Shown here in pieces: positions 1 through 16,800 of a stretch of DNA of 64,000 bases (within the stretch, counting starts at the first letter, position 1; each line of letters begins with the position of its first letter). Position numbers and translations under genes: made by a program. This DNA comes from Eledone cirrhosa (taxonomy: Eukaryota): NCBI GenBank assembly GCA_964016885.1, contig OZ024744.1, positions 6,076,001-6,140,000 on the forward strand, in the 5' to 3' direction. The notes under the pieces were generated by a model that was not told the DNA's origin, made no database searches, and saw nothing but the letters and a program-made list of their open reading frames with translations.

Positions 1-50
1 ACACCAACACCAACACCAACACCACCACCAACACCACCACCAACACCACC

Positions 51-74
51 ACCGACACCGACACCGACACCGAC
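51..74. repeat. Local (ACCGAC)4 variant-hexamer expansion
   Basis: accgac occurs four times in tandem at 51-74. Elsewhere GAC appears only singly. Confidence 0.95.
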
Positions 75-2925
75 ACCACCATCAACACCACCACCAACAC
101 CACCTCCAACACAACCCCCAACACCAACACCACCACCAACACCACCACCAACACCAACACCAACACCAACACCACCACCAACACCAACACCAACACCAAC
201 ACCAACACCAACACAACCACTAACACTAACACCACCACCAACACCAACACCACCACCATCATCAACACCACCACCAACATCGCCACCAACACCAACACCA
301 CACCAACACCACCACCATCACCAACACCAACAACATCACCACCACCAACACCACCACCATCACCATCACTAACGCCACCACCATCACCAACACCATCACC
401 AACAACACCACCAACACCATCACCCGCACCAGCACAACCAACAACATCAACACCAACACCACCACCAACACCAACACCATCACCATCACCAACACCAACA
501 TCACAACCAACACCACCACCAACACCAACACCAACACCATCACGAACGCCACCACGGGCACCATCACCAACACCACCAACATCACCATCACCAACACCAC
601 CACCATCACCAAGACCAACACCATCACCACCACCACCACCATCACCACCATCACGAAGACCAACACCATCACCAACACCATTACCAGCACCAACACCACC
701 ACCAACACCAGCACCACCATCACGAAGACCAACACCATCACCAACACCACCACCAACACCAACACCACCACCAACACCACCACCAACACCAAACCGTCAC
801 CAACACCAACACCAACACCACCACCAACACCAACACCAACACCAACACCACCACTAACACTAACACCACCACCAACACCAACACCACCACCAACACCACC
901 ACCATCACCAACACCACCACCAACACCACCACCAACACCACCACCAACACCACCACCAACACCAACACCAACACCACAACCAACACCATCACCCGCACCA
1001 CCACCACCAACAACACCAACACCAACACCACCACCAACACCAACACCATCACCATCACCAACACCAACATCACAACCAACACCACCACCAACGCCAACAC
1101 CAACACCATCACGAACGCCACCACCATCACCAAGACCAACACCATCACCACCACCACCACCATCACCACCATTACGAAGACCAACACCATCACCAACACC
1201 ATTACCAGCACCAACACCACCACCAACAGCAGCACCATCACCAACACCACCACCAACACCAACACCACCACCAACACCACCACCAACACATAACCATCAC
1301 CAACACCACCACCAACACCGCCACAAACACCACCACCAACACCACACCCAACACCAACACCACCACCAACAACAGCACCACCAGCACCAACACCAACACC
1401 AACACCACCACCAACACCAACACCAACACCAACACCACTACCAACTCCACCACTAACACTAACACCACCACTAAAACCAACAACACCACCATCATCAACA
1501 CCACCACCAACACCACCACCAACACCCACACCAACACCAACACCAACACCACCACCATCATCAACACCATCACCAACACCATCACCAACACCACCACCAT
1601 CATCCACAACACCACCAACACCACCACCAACACCACCCCCAAAACCAACAACACCAGCAACACAACCACCAACACCAACACCAACACCACCACCAACACC
1701 AACACCAACACCAACACCACCACCAAGACCACCACCATCATCAACACCACCACCAACACCGCCACCAACACCAACACCACACCAACACCACCAACAACAC
1801 CACCAACACCACCACCAACACCACCACCAACACCATCACCCGCACCAGCACAACCAACAACATCAACACCAACACCACCACCAACACCAACACCATCACC
1901 ATCACCAACACCAACATCACAACCAACACCACCACCAACACCAACACCAACACCACCACCAACACCACCTCCATCACCAACACCACCACCAACACCAACA
2001 CAAACACCACCACCAACACCACCACCAACACCACCACCAACACCAACGCCAACACCAACACCAACACCACCACCAACACCACCTACAACACCACCACCAT
2101 CATCAACACCACCACCAACACCACCTCCAACACAACCCCCAACACCAACACCACCACCAACACCACCACCAACACCAACACCAACACCAACACCACCACC
2201 AACACCACCACCAACACCAACACCACCACCATTATCAACACCACCACCAACACCACCACCACCACCAACACCATCACCCACAACATCACCAACACCACCT
2301 CCACCACCACCAACACCACCACCATCACCATCACCAACGCCACCACCATCACCAACACCATCACCAACACCACCACCAACACCACCACCCGCACCACCAC
2401 CACCAACAACATCAACACCAACACCACCACCAACACCAACACCATCACCATCACCAACACCAACATCATAACCAACACCACCACCAACACCAACACCAAC
2501 ACCATCACGAACGCCACCACCACCACCATCACCAACACCACCAACATCACCATCACCAACACCACCACCATCACCAAGACCAACACCATCACCGCCACCA
2601 CCACCAGCACCACCATCACGAAGACCAACACCATCACCAACACCATTACCAGCACCAACACCACCACCAACACCAGCACCATCACCAACACCACCACCAA
2701 CACCAACACCACCACCAACACCACCACCAACACAAAACCATCACCAACACCACCACAAACACCACCACCAACACCACCACCATCACCAACACCTCCACCA
2801 CCACCATCACAAACACCACCACCAACACCACCACCAACACCACCACCACTACCAACACCACCACCAACACCAACACCAACTCCAACACCACCACCAACAC
2901 CAACACCAACACCAACACCACCACC

Positions 2926-3235
2926 AACTCCACCACTAACACTAACACCACCACTAAAACCAACAACACCACCATCAACACCACCACCAACACCCACACC
3001 AACACCAACACCAACACCACCACCATCATCAACACCACCACCAACACCATCACCAACACCACCACCATCATCCACACCACCACCAACTCCACCACCAACA
3101 CCACCCCCAACACCAACAACACCAGCAACACCACCACCAACACAAACACCAACACCACCACCAACACCAACACCAACACCAACACCACCACCAAGACCAC
3201 CACCATCATCAACACCACCACCAACACCGCCACCA
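2926..3235. repeat. Module C, representative copy (~0.3-0.4 kb dispersed sub-repeat)
   Basis: Ordered landmarks AACTCC..ACTAACACTAAC..ACTAAAACC..ACCCACACC..ATCATCCAC..ACCCCCAAC..ACCAAGACC..ACCGCC. Similar copies lie near 1.45, 5.95, 8.5, 27.8 and 31.8 kb. Its 3' half recurs near 10.0, 10.5, 32.8, 39.05, 42.65, 46.2, 49.3, 54.2 and 57.8 kb. Confidence 0.8.
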
Positions 3236-3774
3236 ACACCACCACCATCATCAACACCACCACCAACACCACCTCCAACACAACCCCCAACACCAACACC
3301 ACCACCAACACCACCACCAACACCAACACCAACACCAACACCACCACCAACACCAACACCAACACCAACACCACCACTAACACTAACACCACCACCAACA
3401 CCAACACGACCACCATCATCAACACCACCACCAACACCGCCACCAACACTAACACCACACCAACACCACCACCAGCACCAACACCATCACCCACAACATC
3501 ACCAACACCACCACCACCATCACCAACACCACCAACATCACCACCACCAACACCACCATCATCACCATCACCAACGCCACCACCATCACCAACACCATCA
3601 CCAACACCACTACCAACACCATCACCCGCACCACCACCAACACCATCACCAAGACCAACACCATCACCAACACCATCAACAACACCAACAACACCACCAA
3701 CACCAACACCACCACCAACACAAAACCATCACCAACACCACCACCAACACCACCACCAACACCACCACCATCAA

Positions 3775-4040
3775 CAACACCACAACCAACACCACAACCA
3801 ACGCCAACACCTAGACCAACACCAACACCACCACCATCACCAACACCACCACCAACAACACAATCAACACCAACACCACCAGCATCACCAACACCACCGC
3901 CATCACCAACACCACCACCAACACCACCACCAACACCACCACCAACACCACCACCAACACCATCACCAACACCAACACCAATACCATCACCAACACCAAC
4001 ACCACCACCACCATCACCAACAACGCCACCTACACCGCCA
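3775..4040. repeat. Module D, representative copy (CCTAGACC module)
   Basis: (ACCACAACCAAC)2..ACCTAGACC..AGCATC..ACCGCCATC..AACGCCACCTACACCGCC. The CTAG landmark is at 3811, 11428, 15278, 30725, 47050, 50124, 58602, 62260 and 63501. Some copies lack the 3' part. Confidence 0.85.
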
Positions 4041-7000
4041 CCAACAGCACTACCAACACCACCTCCATCACCAACACCACCACCAACACCAACACAAACA
4101 CCACCACCAACACCACCACCAACACCACCACCACCACCAACACCAACACCAACACCACCACCAACACCACCAACAACACCACCACCATCATCAACACCAC
4201 CACCAACACCACATCCAACACAACCCCCAACACCAACACCACCACCAACACCACCACCAACACCAACACCAACACCAACACCACCACCAACACCACCACC
4301 AACACCAACACCAACATCACAACCAACACCACCACCAACACCAACACCAACACCATCACGAACGCCACCACCATCACCAAGACCAACACCATCACCACCA
4401 CCACCACCATCACCACCATCACGAAGACCAACACCATCACCAACACCATAACCAGCACCAACACCACCACCAACACCAGCACCATCACCAACACCACCAC
4501 CCTCACCAACACCACCACCAACACCACCACCAACACAAAACCATCACCAACACCACCACCAACACCGCCACAAACACCACCACCATCATCAACACCACCA
4601 CCAACAGCACCACCAACGCCACACCCAACACCAACACCACCACCACCAACAGCACCACCAGCACCAACACCAACACCAACACCACCACCAACACCGACAC
4701 CAACACCACCACCAACTCCACCACTAACACTAACACCACCACTAAAACCAACAACACCACCATCATCAACACCACCACCAACACCGCCACCAACACCAAC
4801 ACCACACCAACACCACCACCAGCACCAACACCATCACCCACAACATCACCAACACCACCACCACCATCACCAACACGACCAACATCACCACCACCAACAC
4901 CACCACCATCACCATCACCAACGCCACCACCATCACCAACACCATCACCAACACCACCACCAACACCATCACCCGCACCAGCACCACCAACAACATCAAC
5001 ACCAACACCACCACCAACACCAACACCATCACCATCACCAACACCAACATCACAACCAACACCACCACCAACACCAACACCAACACCATCACCAACACCA
5101 CCAACATCACCATCACCAACACCACCACCATCACCAAGACCAACACCATCACCACCACCACCACCATCACCACCATCACGAAGACCAACACCATCACCAA
5201 CACCATTACCAGCACCAACACCACCACCAACACCAGCACCATCACCAACACCACGACCAACACCAACACCACCACCAACACCACCACCAACACCAAACCA
5301 TCACCAACACCACCACCAACACCACCACCAACACCACCACCATCACCAACACCTCCACCACCACCATCACCAACACCACCACCAACACCACCACCATCAA
5401 CAACACCACCACCAACACCACCACCACTACCAACACCACCACCAACACCAACACCAACACCACCACCAACACCATCACCCGCACCACCACCACCAACAAC
5501 ACCAACACCACCACCAACACCAACACCATCACCATCACCAACACCAACATCACAACCAACACCACCACCAACACCAACACCAACACCATCACGAACGCCA
5601 CCACCATCACCAAGACCAACACCATCACCACCACCACCACCATCACCACCATCACGAAGACCAACACCATCACCAACACCATAACCAGCACCAACACCAC
5701 CACCAACACCAGCACCATCACCAACACCACCACCCTCACCAACACCACCACCAACACCACCACCAACACAAAACCATCACCAACACCACCACCAACACCG
5801 CCACAAACACCACCACCATCATCAACACCACCACCAACAGCACCACCAACGCCACACCCAACACCAACACCACCACCACCAACAGCACCACCAGCACCAA
5901 CACCAACACCAACACCACCACCAACACCAACACCAACACCACCACCAACTCCACCACTAACACTAACACCACCACTAAAACCAACAACACCACCATCATC
6001 AACACCACCACCAACACCACCACCAACACCCACACCAACACCAACACCAACACCACCACCATCATCAACACCATCACCAACACCATCACCAACACCACCA
6101 CCATCATCCACATCACCACCAACACCACCAGCAACACCACCCCCAACACCAACAACACCAGCAACACCACCACCAACACCAACACCAACACCACCACCTA
6201 CACCAACACCAACACCAACACCACCACCAAGACCACCACCATCATCAACACCACCACAAACACCGCCACCAACACCAACACCACACCAACACCACCAACA
6301 ACACCACCAACACCACCACCAACACCAACACCAACACCACCATCAACACCACCACCAACACCAACACCACCACCAACACCACCACCATCACCAACACCAC
6401 CACCAACACCAACACAAACACCACCACCAACACCACCACCAACACCACCGCCAACACCACCACCAACACCACCACCAACACCACCACCATCATCAACACC
6501 ACCACCAACACCACCTCCAACACAACCCCCAACAACAACACCACCACCAACACCACCACCAACACCAACACCAACACCAACACCACCACCAACACCACCA
6601 CCAACACCACCATCAACACCACCACCAACACCACCTCCAACACAACCCCCAACAACAACACCACCACCAACACCACCACCAACACCAACACCAACACCAA
6701 CACCACCACTAACACTAACACCACCACCAACACCAACACCACCAGCAACACCACCACCATCACCAACACCACCACCAACACCACCACCAACACCACCACC
6801 AACACCACCACCAACACCACCACCACCATCACCAACACGACCAACATCACCACCACCAACACCACCACCATCACCATCACCAACGCCACCACCATCACCA
6901 ACACCATCACCAACACCACCACCAACACCATCACCCGCACCAGCACCACCAACAACATCAACACCAACACCACCACCAACACCAACACCATCACCATCAC

Positions 7001-9974
7001 CAACACCAACATCACAACCAACACCACCACCAAAACCAACACCAACACCATCACGAACGCCACCACCACCACCATCACCAACACCACCAACATCACCATC
7101 ACCAACACCACCACCATCACCAAGACCAACACCATCACCACCACCACCACCATCACCACCATCACGAAGACCAACACCATCACCAACACCATTACCAGCA
7201 CCAACACCACCACCAACACCAGCACCATCACCAACACCACCACCAACACCAACACCACCACCAACACCACCACCAACACCAAACCATCACCAACACCACC
7301 ACCAACACCACCACCAACACCACCACCATCACCAACACCTCCACCACCACCATCACCAACACCACCACCAACACCACCACCATCAACAACACCACCACCA
7401 ACACCACCACCACTACAACACCACCACCAACACCAACACCAACACCACCACCAACACCATCACCCGCACCACCACCACCAACAACACCAACACCACCACC
7501 AACACCAACACCATCACCATCACCAACACCAATATCACAACCAACACCACCACCAACACCAACACCAACACCATCACGAACGCCACCACCATCACCAAGA
7601 CCAACACCATCACCACCACCACCACCATCACCACCATCACGAAGACCAACACCATCACCAACACCATAACCAGCACCAACACCACCACCAACACCAGCAC
7701 CATCACCAACACCACCACCATCACCAACACCACCACCAACACCACCACCAACACAAAACCATCACCAACACCACCACCAACACGCCACAAACACCACCAC
7801 CATCATCAACACCACCACTAACACCACCACCAACGCCACACCCAACACCAACACCACCACCACCAACAGCACCACCAGCACCAACACCAACACCAACACC
7901 ACCACCAACACCAACACCAACACCACCACCAACTCCACCACTAACACTAACACCACCACTAAAACCAACAACACCACCATCATCAACACCACCACCAACA
8001 CCACCACCAACACCAACACCAACACCACCACCAACACCATCACCCGCACCACCACCACCAACAACACCAACACCAACACCACCACCAACACCAACACCAT
8101 CACCATCACCAACACCAACATCACAACCAACACCACCACCAACACCAACACCAACACCATCACGAACGCCACCACCATCACCAAGACCAACACCATCACC
8201 ACCACCACCACCACCATCACCACCATTACGAAGACCAACACCATCACCAACACCATTACCAGCACCAACACCACCACCAACACCAGCACCATCACCAACA
8301 CCACCACCAACACCAACACCACCACCAACACCACCACCAACACATAACCATCACCAACACCACCACCAACACCGCCACAAACACCACCACCATCATCAAC
8401 ACCACCACCAACACCACACCCGACACCAACACCACCACCACCAACAGCACCACCAGCACCAACACCAACACCAACACCACCACCAACACCAACACCAACA
8501 CCAACACCACCACCAGCTCCACCACTAACACTAACACCACCACTAAAACCAACAACACCACCATCATCAACACCACCACCAACACCACCACCAACACACA
8601 CACCAACACCAACACCAACACCACCACCATCATCACACCATCACCAACACCATCACCAACACCACCACCATCATCCACAACACCACCAACACCACCACCA
8701 ACACCACCCCCAAAACCAACAACACCAGCAACACCACCACCAACACCAACACCAACACCACCACCAACACCAACACCAACACCAACACCACCACCAAGAC
8801 CACCACCATCATCAACACCACCACCAACACCGCCACCAACACCAACGCCACACCAACACCACCAACAACACCACCGACACCACCAACAACACCAACACCA
8901 ACACCACCATCAACACCACCACCAACACCAACACCACCACCAACACCACCTCCATCACCAACACCACCACCAACACCACCACCAACACCACCACCAACAC
9001 CACCACCAACACCAACACCAACACCATCACCACCACCAACACCACCACCAACACCACCAACAACACCACCACCATCATCAACACCACCTCCAACACCACC
9101 TCCAACACAACCCCCAACACCAACACCACCACCAACACCACCACCAACACCAACACCAACACCAACACCACCACCAACACCACCACCAACACCAACACCA
9201 CCACCATCATCAACACCACTACCAACACCACCACCACCACCAACACCATCACCCACAACATCACCAACACCACCACCACCATCACCAACACCACCAACAT
9301 AACACCACCAACACCACCACCATCACCATCACCAACGCCACCACCATCACCAACACCATCACCAACACCACCACCAACACCACCACCCGCACCACTACCA
9401 CCAACAACATCAACACCAACACCACCACCAACACCAACACCATCACCATCACCAACACCAACATCACAACCAACACCACCACCAACACCAACACAAACAC
9501 CATCACGAACGCCACCACCACCACCATCACCAACACCACCAACATCACCATCACCAACACCACCACCATCACCAAGACCAACACCATCACCACCACCACC
9601 ACCATCACCACCATCACGAAGACCAACACCATCACCAACACCATTACCAGCACCAACACCACCACAAACACCAGCACCATCACCAACACCACCACCAACA
9701 CCAACACCACCACCAACACCATCACCAGCACAAAACCATCACCAACACCACCACAAACACCACCACCAACACCACCACCATCACCAACACCTCCACCACC
9801 ACCATCACCAACACCACCACCAACACCACCACCTTCAACAACACCAACACCTCCACCACCACCATCACCAACACCACCACCAACACCAACACCAACACCA
9901 ACACCACCACCAACACCAACACCAACACCAACACCACCACCAACACTAACACTAACACCCACACCAACACCAAC

Positions 9975-10820
9975 ACCAACACCACCACCATCATCCACAC
10001 CACCACCAACTCCACCACCAACACCACCCCCAACACCAACAACACCAGCAACACCACCACCAACACAAACACCAACTCCAACACCACCACCAACACCAAC
10101 ACCAACACCAACACCACCACCAAGACCACCACCATCATCAACACCACCACCAACACCGCCACCAACACCAACACCACACCAACACCACCACCAACAACAC
10201 CACCAACACCACCACCAACACCAACACCAACACCACCATCAACACCACTACCAACACCAACACCACCACCAACACCACCACCATCACCAACACCACCACC
10301 AACACCACCACCAACACCACCACCAACACCACCACCAACACCAACACCAACACCAACACCAACACCACCACCAACACTAACACTAACACCCACACCAACA
10401 CCAACACCAACACCACCACCATCATCAACACCACCACCAACACCATCACCAACACCACCACCATCATCCACACCACCACCAACTCCACCACCAACACCAC
10501 CCCCAACACCAACAACACCAGCAACACCACCACCAACACAAACACCAACTCCAACACCACCACCAACACCAACACCAACACCAACACCACCACCAAGACC
10601 ACCACCATCATCAACACCACCACCAACAACGCCACCAACACCAACACCACACCAACACCACCACCAACAACACCACCAACACCACCACCAACACCAACAC
10701 CAACACCACCATCAACACCACTACCAACACCAACACCACCACCAACACCACCACCATCACCAACACCACCACCAACACCACCACCAACACCACCACCAAC
10801 ACCACCACCAACACCAACAC
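9975..10820. repeat. 473-bp-period tandem duplication
   Basis: TCATCCACAC at 9991 and 10464. ORF ends at 10138 and 10611. Both copies share the variant ACAAACACCAACTCCAAC. Confidence 0.8.
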
Positions 10821-13800
10821 CAACACCAACACCACCACCAACACCACCACCAACACCACCACCATCATCAACACCACTACCAACACCACCTCCAACACAA
10901 CCCCCAACACCAACACCACCACCAACACCACCACCAACACCAACACCAACACCAACACCACCACCAACACCAACACCAACACCAACACCACCACTAACAC
11001 TAACACCACCACCAACACCAACACGACCACCATCATCAACACCACCACCAACACCGCCACCAACACCAACACCACACCAACACCACCACCAACACCAACA
11101 CCATCACCCACAACATCACCAACACCACCACCACCATCACCAACACCACCAACATCACCACCACCAACACCACCACCATCACCATCACCAACGCCACCAC
11201 CATCACCAACACCATCACCAACACCACTACCAACACCATCACCAACACCACCACCAACACCATCACCAAGACCAACACCATCACCAACACCATCAACAAC
11301 ACCAACAACACCACCGACACCAACACCACCACCATCACAAAACCATCACCAACACCACCACCAACACCACCACCAACACCACCACCATCAACAACACCAC
11401 AACCAACACCACAACCAACGCCAACACCTAGACCAACACCAACACCACCACCATCACCAACACCACCACCAACAACACAATCAACACCAACACCACCAGC
11501 ATCACCAACACCACCGCCATCACCAACACCACCACCAACACCAACACACCAACACCAATACCATCACCAACACCAACACCACCACCACCATCACCAACAA
11601 CGCCACCTACACCGCCACCAACACCACCACCAACACCAACACCATCACCAACACCATCACCATTACCAATACATCACAAACACCACCACCAACACCACCA
11701 CCAGAACCAAAACCATCACCAACACCAACACCATCACCACCACCATCACCAACATCACCAACATCACCATCACCAACACCACCACCATCACCAACACCAC
11801 CAACATCACCATCACCAACACCACCACCATCACCAACACCAACACCACCACCACCATCACCACCATCACCATCACCACCACAATCACCAACACCACCACC
11901 AACATCAACACCATCACCATCACCAACACCAACACCAACACCACAACCAACACCACCACCAACACCAACACCAACACCAACACCACAACCAACACCACCA
12001 CCAACACCAACACCAACACCAACACCATCACCAACGCCAACACCACCACCAACACCAACACCAACACCAACACCATCACCAACACCAACACCATCACCAA
12101 CACAAAAACCACCACCACCACCAACACCGCCAACACCACCATCACCAACACTACAACCATCACCAACACCACCACCAAAACCACCACCATCACCAACACC
12201 ACCACCAACAACACAACCAACACAAACACCAACACCACCACCAACACCATCACCAACACCAACACCACCACCATCATCAACAACACCACCAACACCACCA
12301 CCAACAGCATCACCAAAACCAACACCACCACCACCACTAACACCATCCCCACCATCACCACCACTAGCACCAACGCCATCACCAACACCACCACCAACAC
12401 CACCACCAACACCAACACCACCACCCACCCCACCACCATCACCAACACCACCACCAACCCCACCACCACCACTAACACCACCACCACCACCACCATCACC
12501 ACCGCCAACACCAACACCACCACCAAAACCACCACCAACACCATTACCAACACCAACACCACCACCAACACCATCACCAACACCACAACCATCACCAAAA
12601 CCATTACCAACACCACCACCAATACCAACACCAACTCTAACACCGCCACCAACACCACAACCAACACCAACACCAACAGCACCACCAACACCAACAGCAA
12701 CACCAACACCATCACCATCACCACAACCATCAGCAACACCATTACCAACACCACCACCAACACCAACACCAACACCGCCACCAACACCACAACCGACACC
12801 AACTCCAACAGCACCACCAACACCATCACCAACACCAACACCACCACCAACACAACCACCATCAACAACACCACCACCAACACCACCACCATCACCAACA
12901 CCACCACCAACACAAAACCATCACCAACACCACCACCAGCACCACCACCAACACCACCACCATCACCAACACCTCCACCGACACCATCACGAACACCACC
13001 ACCAACACCACCGCCATCAACAACACCACCACCAACACCACCACCACCACCACCTACAACACCACCACCAACACCATCACCAACACCACCACCAACACCA
13101 CCGCCATCAACAACACCACCACCACCAACACCACCACCAACACCACCACCAACACCACCACCAACACCATCACCAACACCACCACCAACACCAACACCAC
13201 CACCAAAAACACAACCAACACCACCACCAACACCATCACCAAAAACACCACCAGCAACAACACCACCATCATCAACACCAACACCGCCACCAATACCAAC
13301 ACCAACACCACCACCAACAGCAACACCAACACCAACACCACCACCAGCAACAACACCAACACCAACACCACCACCACCACCATCACCAACACCACCACCA
13401 ACACCACCAGCATCACCGACACCACCACCAACACCACCACCAACACCATCACCACCACCAACACCACCACCAACACCACCAACAACACCATCACCATCAC
13501 CAACACCACCACCAACACCATCACCACCACCAACACCACCACCAACGCCACCACCAACACCACCACCAACACCACCACCAACATCAACACCACCACCAAC
13601 ACCACCACCAACACCACCACCAACACCACCACCAACAACACCACCACCACCACCAACACCAGCTCCAATACCAACACCAACACCACCACCGACACCACCA
13701 CCAACACCAACACCAATACCATCACCAACACCAACACCACCAACAACAACACCACCAACACCACCACCATGACCAACACCACCACTAACATTACCACCAA

Positions 13801-16800
13801 CACCACCAACACCACCACCACCACCAACACCAACACCACCACCACCACCATCACCAACACCAACACCACCACCAACACCACCACCTACATCAGCACCAAA
13901 ACCACCACCACCATCACCAACATCACCACCATAACCAACACCACCACCAACACCAAAACCACCACCACCAACAACAACAACAGCAACAACACCACCAACA
14001 CCACCACCAACACCACCACCAACATAAATACCAACACCAACACCACCACCAACACCACCACCAACACCAACACCACCACCAACACCACCACCAACACCAA
14101 CACCAACACCACCACCAACACCACCACCATCACCAACACCACCACCAACACCACCACCAACACCACCACCAACACCAACACCATCACCAACACCACCACC
14201 AACACCAACACCACCACCAACATAAATACCAACACCAACACCACCACCAACACCACCACCAACACCAACACCACCACCAACACCACCACCAACACCAACA
14301 CCACCACCAACACCACCACCATCACCAATACCACCACCAATACCAACACCATCATCAACACCATCACCAACACCACCACCAACATCATCACCAACACCAC
14401 CACCACCACCAACACCACCACCAACACCACCACCATCACCTACACCAACACCAACACCAACACCATCACCAACACCATCACCAACAACACCACCAACACC
14501 AAAACCAACACCAACACCACCACCACCACCATCACCAACACCACCAACAACAACACAACCAACACCAACACCAACACCATCACCAACACCACAACCACCA
14601 ACACCACCACCAACACCACCACCAACACCACCACCATCACCAACACCACCACCAACACCACCACCAACACCACCTCCAACACCACCACCAACACCAACAC
14701 CAACACCAACACCACCACCAACACCACCACCAACACCACCACCATCATCAACACCACTACCAACACCACCTCCAACACAACCCCCAACACCAACACCACC
14801 ACCAACACCACCACCAACACCAACACCAACACCAACACCACCACCAACACCAACACCAACACCAACACCACCACTAACACTAACACCACCACCAACACCA
14901 ACACGACCACCATCATCAACACCACCACCAACACCGCCACCAACACCAACACCACACCAACACCACCACCAGCACCAACACCATCACCCACAACATCACC
15001 AACACCACCACCACCATCACCAACACCACCAACATCACCACCACCAACACCACCACCATCACCATCACCAACGCCACCACCATCACCAACACCATCACCA
15101 ACACCACTACCAACACCATCACCCGCACCACCACCAACACCATCACCAAGACCAACACCATCACCAACACCATCAACAACAACACCACCAACACCAACAC
15201 CACCACCAACACAAAACCATCACCAACACCACCACCATCAACAACACCACAACCAACACCACAACCAACGCCAACACCTAGACCAACACCAACACCACCA
15301 CCATCACCAACACCACCACCAACAACACAATCAACACCAACACCACCAGCATCACCAACACCACCGCCATCACCAACACCACCACCAACACCACCACCAA
15401 CACCAACACCAACACCAATACCATCACCAACACCAACACCACCACCACCATCACCAACAACGCCACGTACACCGCCACCAACACCACCACCAACACCAAC
15501 ACCATCACCAACACCATCACCATTACCAATACATCACAAACACCACCACCAACACCACCACCAGAACCAAAACCATCACCAACACCAACACCATCACCAC
15601 CACCATCACCAACATCACCAACATCACCATCACCAACACCACCACCATCACCAACACCACCAACATCACCATCACCAACACCACCACCATCACCAACACC
15701 AACACCACCACCACCATCACCACCATCACCATCACCACCACAATCACCAACACCACCACCAACACCAACACCATCACCATCACCAACACCAACACCAACA
15801 CCACAACCAACACCACCACCAACACCAACACCAACACCAACACCACAACCAACACCACCACCAACACCAACACCAACACCAACACCATCACCAACGCCAA
15901 CACCACCACCAACACCAACACCAACACCAACACCTTCACCAACACCAACACCATCACCAACACAAAAACCACCACCACCACCAACACCGCCAACACCACC
16001 ATCACCAACACTACAACCATCACCAACACCACCACCAAAACCACCACCATCACCAACACCACCTCCAACAACACAACCAACACCAACACCAACACCATCA
16101 CCAACACCACCACCATCACCAACACCACCACCAACACCATCACCAACACCAACACCACCACCATCATCAACAACACCACCAACACCACCACCAACAGCAT
16201 CACCAAAACCAACACCACCACCACCACTAACACCATCCCCACCATCACCACCACTAGCACCAACGCCATCACCAACACCACCACCAACACCACCACCAAC
16301 ACCAACACCACCACCAACCCCACCACCATCACCAACACCACCACCAACCCCACCACCACCACTAACACCACCACCACCACCACCGCCAACACCAACACCA
16401 CCACCAAAACCACCACCAACACCATTACCAACACCAACACCACCACCAACACCATCACCAACACCACAACCATCACCAACACCATTACCAACACCACCAC
16501 CAATACCAACACCAACTCTAACACCGCCACCAACACCACAACCAACACCAACACCAACAGCACCACCAACACCAACACCAACACCAACACCACCACTAAC
16601 ACTAACACCACCACCAACACCGACACCACCACCATCATCAACACCACCTCCAACACCACCACCAGCACCACCACCAACACCACCACCATCATCAACACCA
16701 CCACCAACACCACATCCAACACAACCCCCAACACCATTACCAACACCAACACCACCACCAACAACATCACCAACACCACAACCATCACCAACACCATTAC

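Larger units (their letters stand above)
1..11650. repeat. Domain I: mosaic of modules A and C (plus D) with short periods
   Basis: Dense in landmarks CACGAACGCC (541, ~1110, ~2506, ~4357, ~5590, ~7052, ~7575, 8161, ~9504) and ACTAAAACC (~1470, ~2953, 4741, ~5974, ~7958, ~8542). No ATGACCAACACCACCACTAACATT landmark. Boundaries approximate. Confidence 0.75.

Noticed and set aside
13763-13775. Kozak-like CCACCATG starts at each module B
   Set aside because: Any ATC->ATG change in an ACC run yields CCACCATG, so the context is forced by the repeat.
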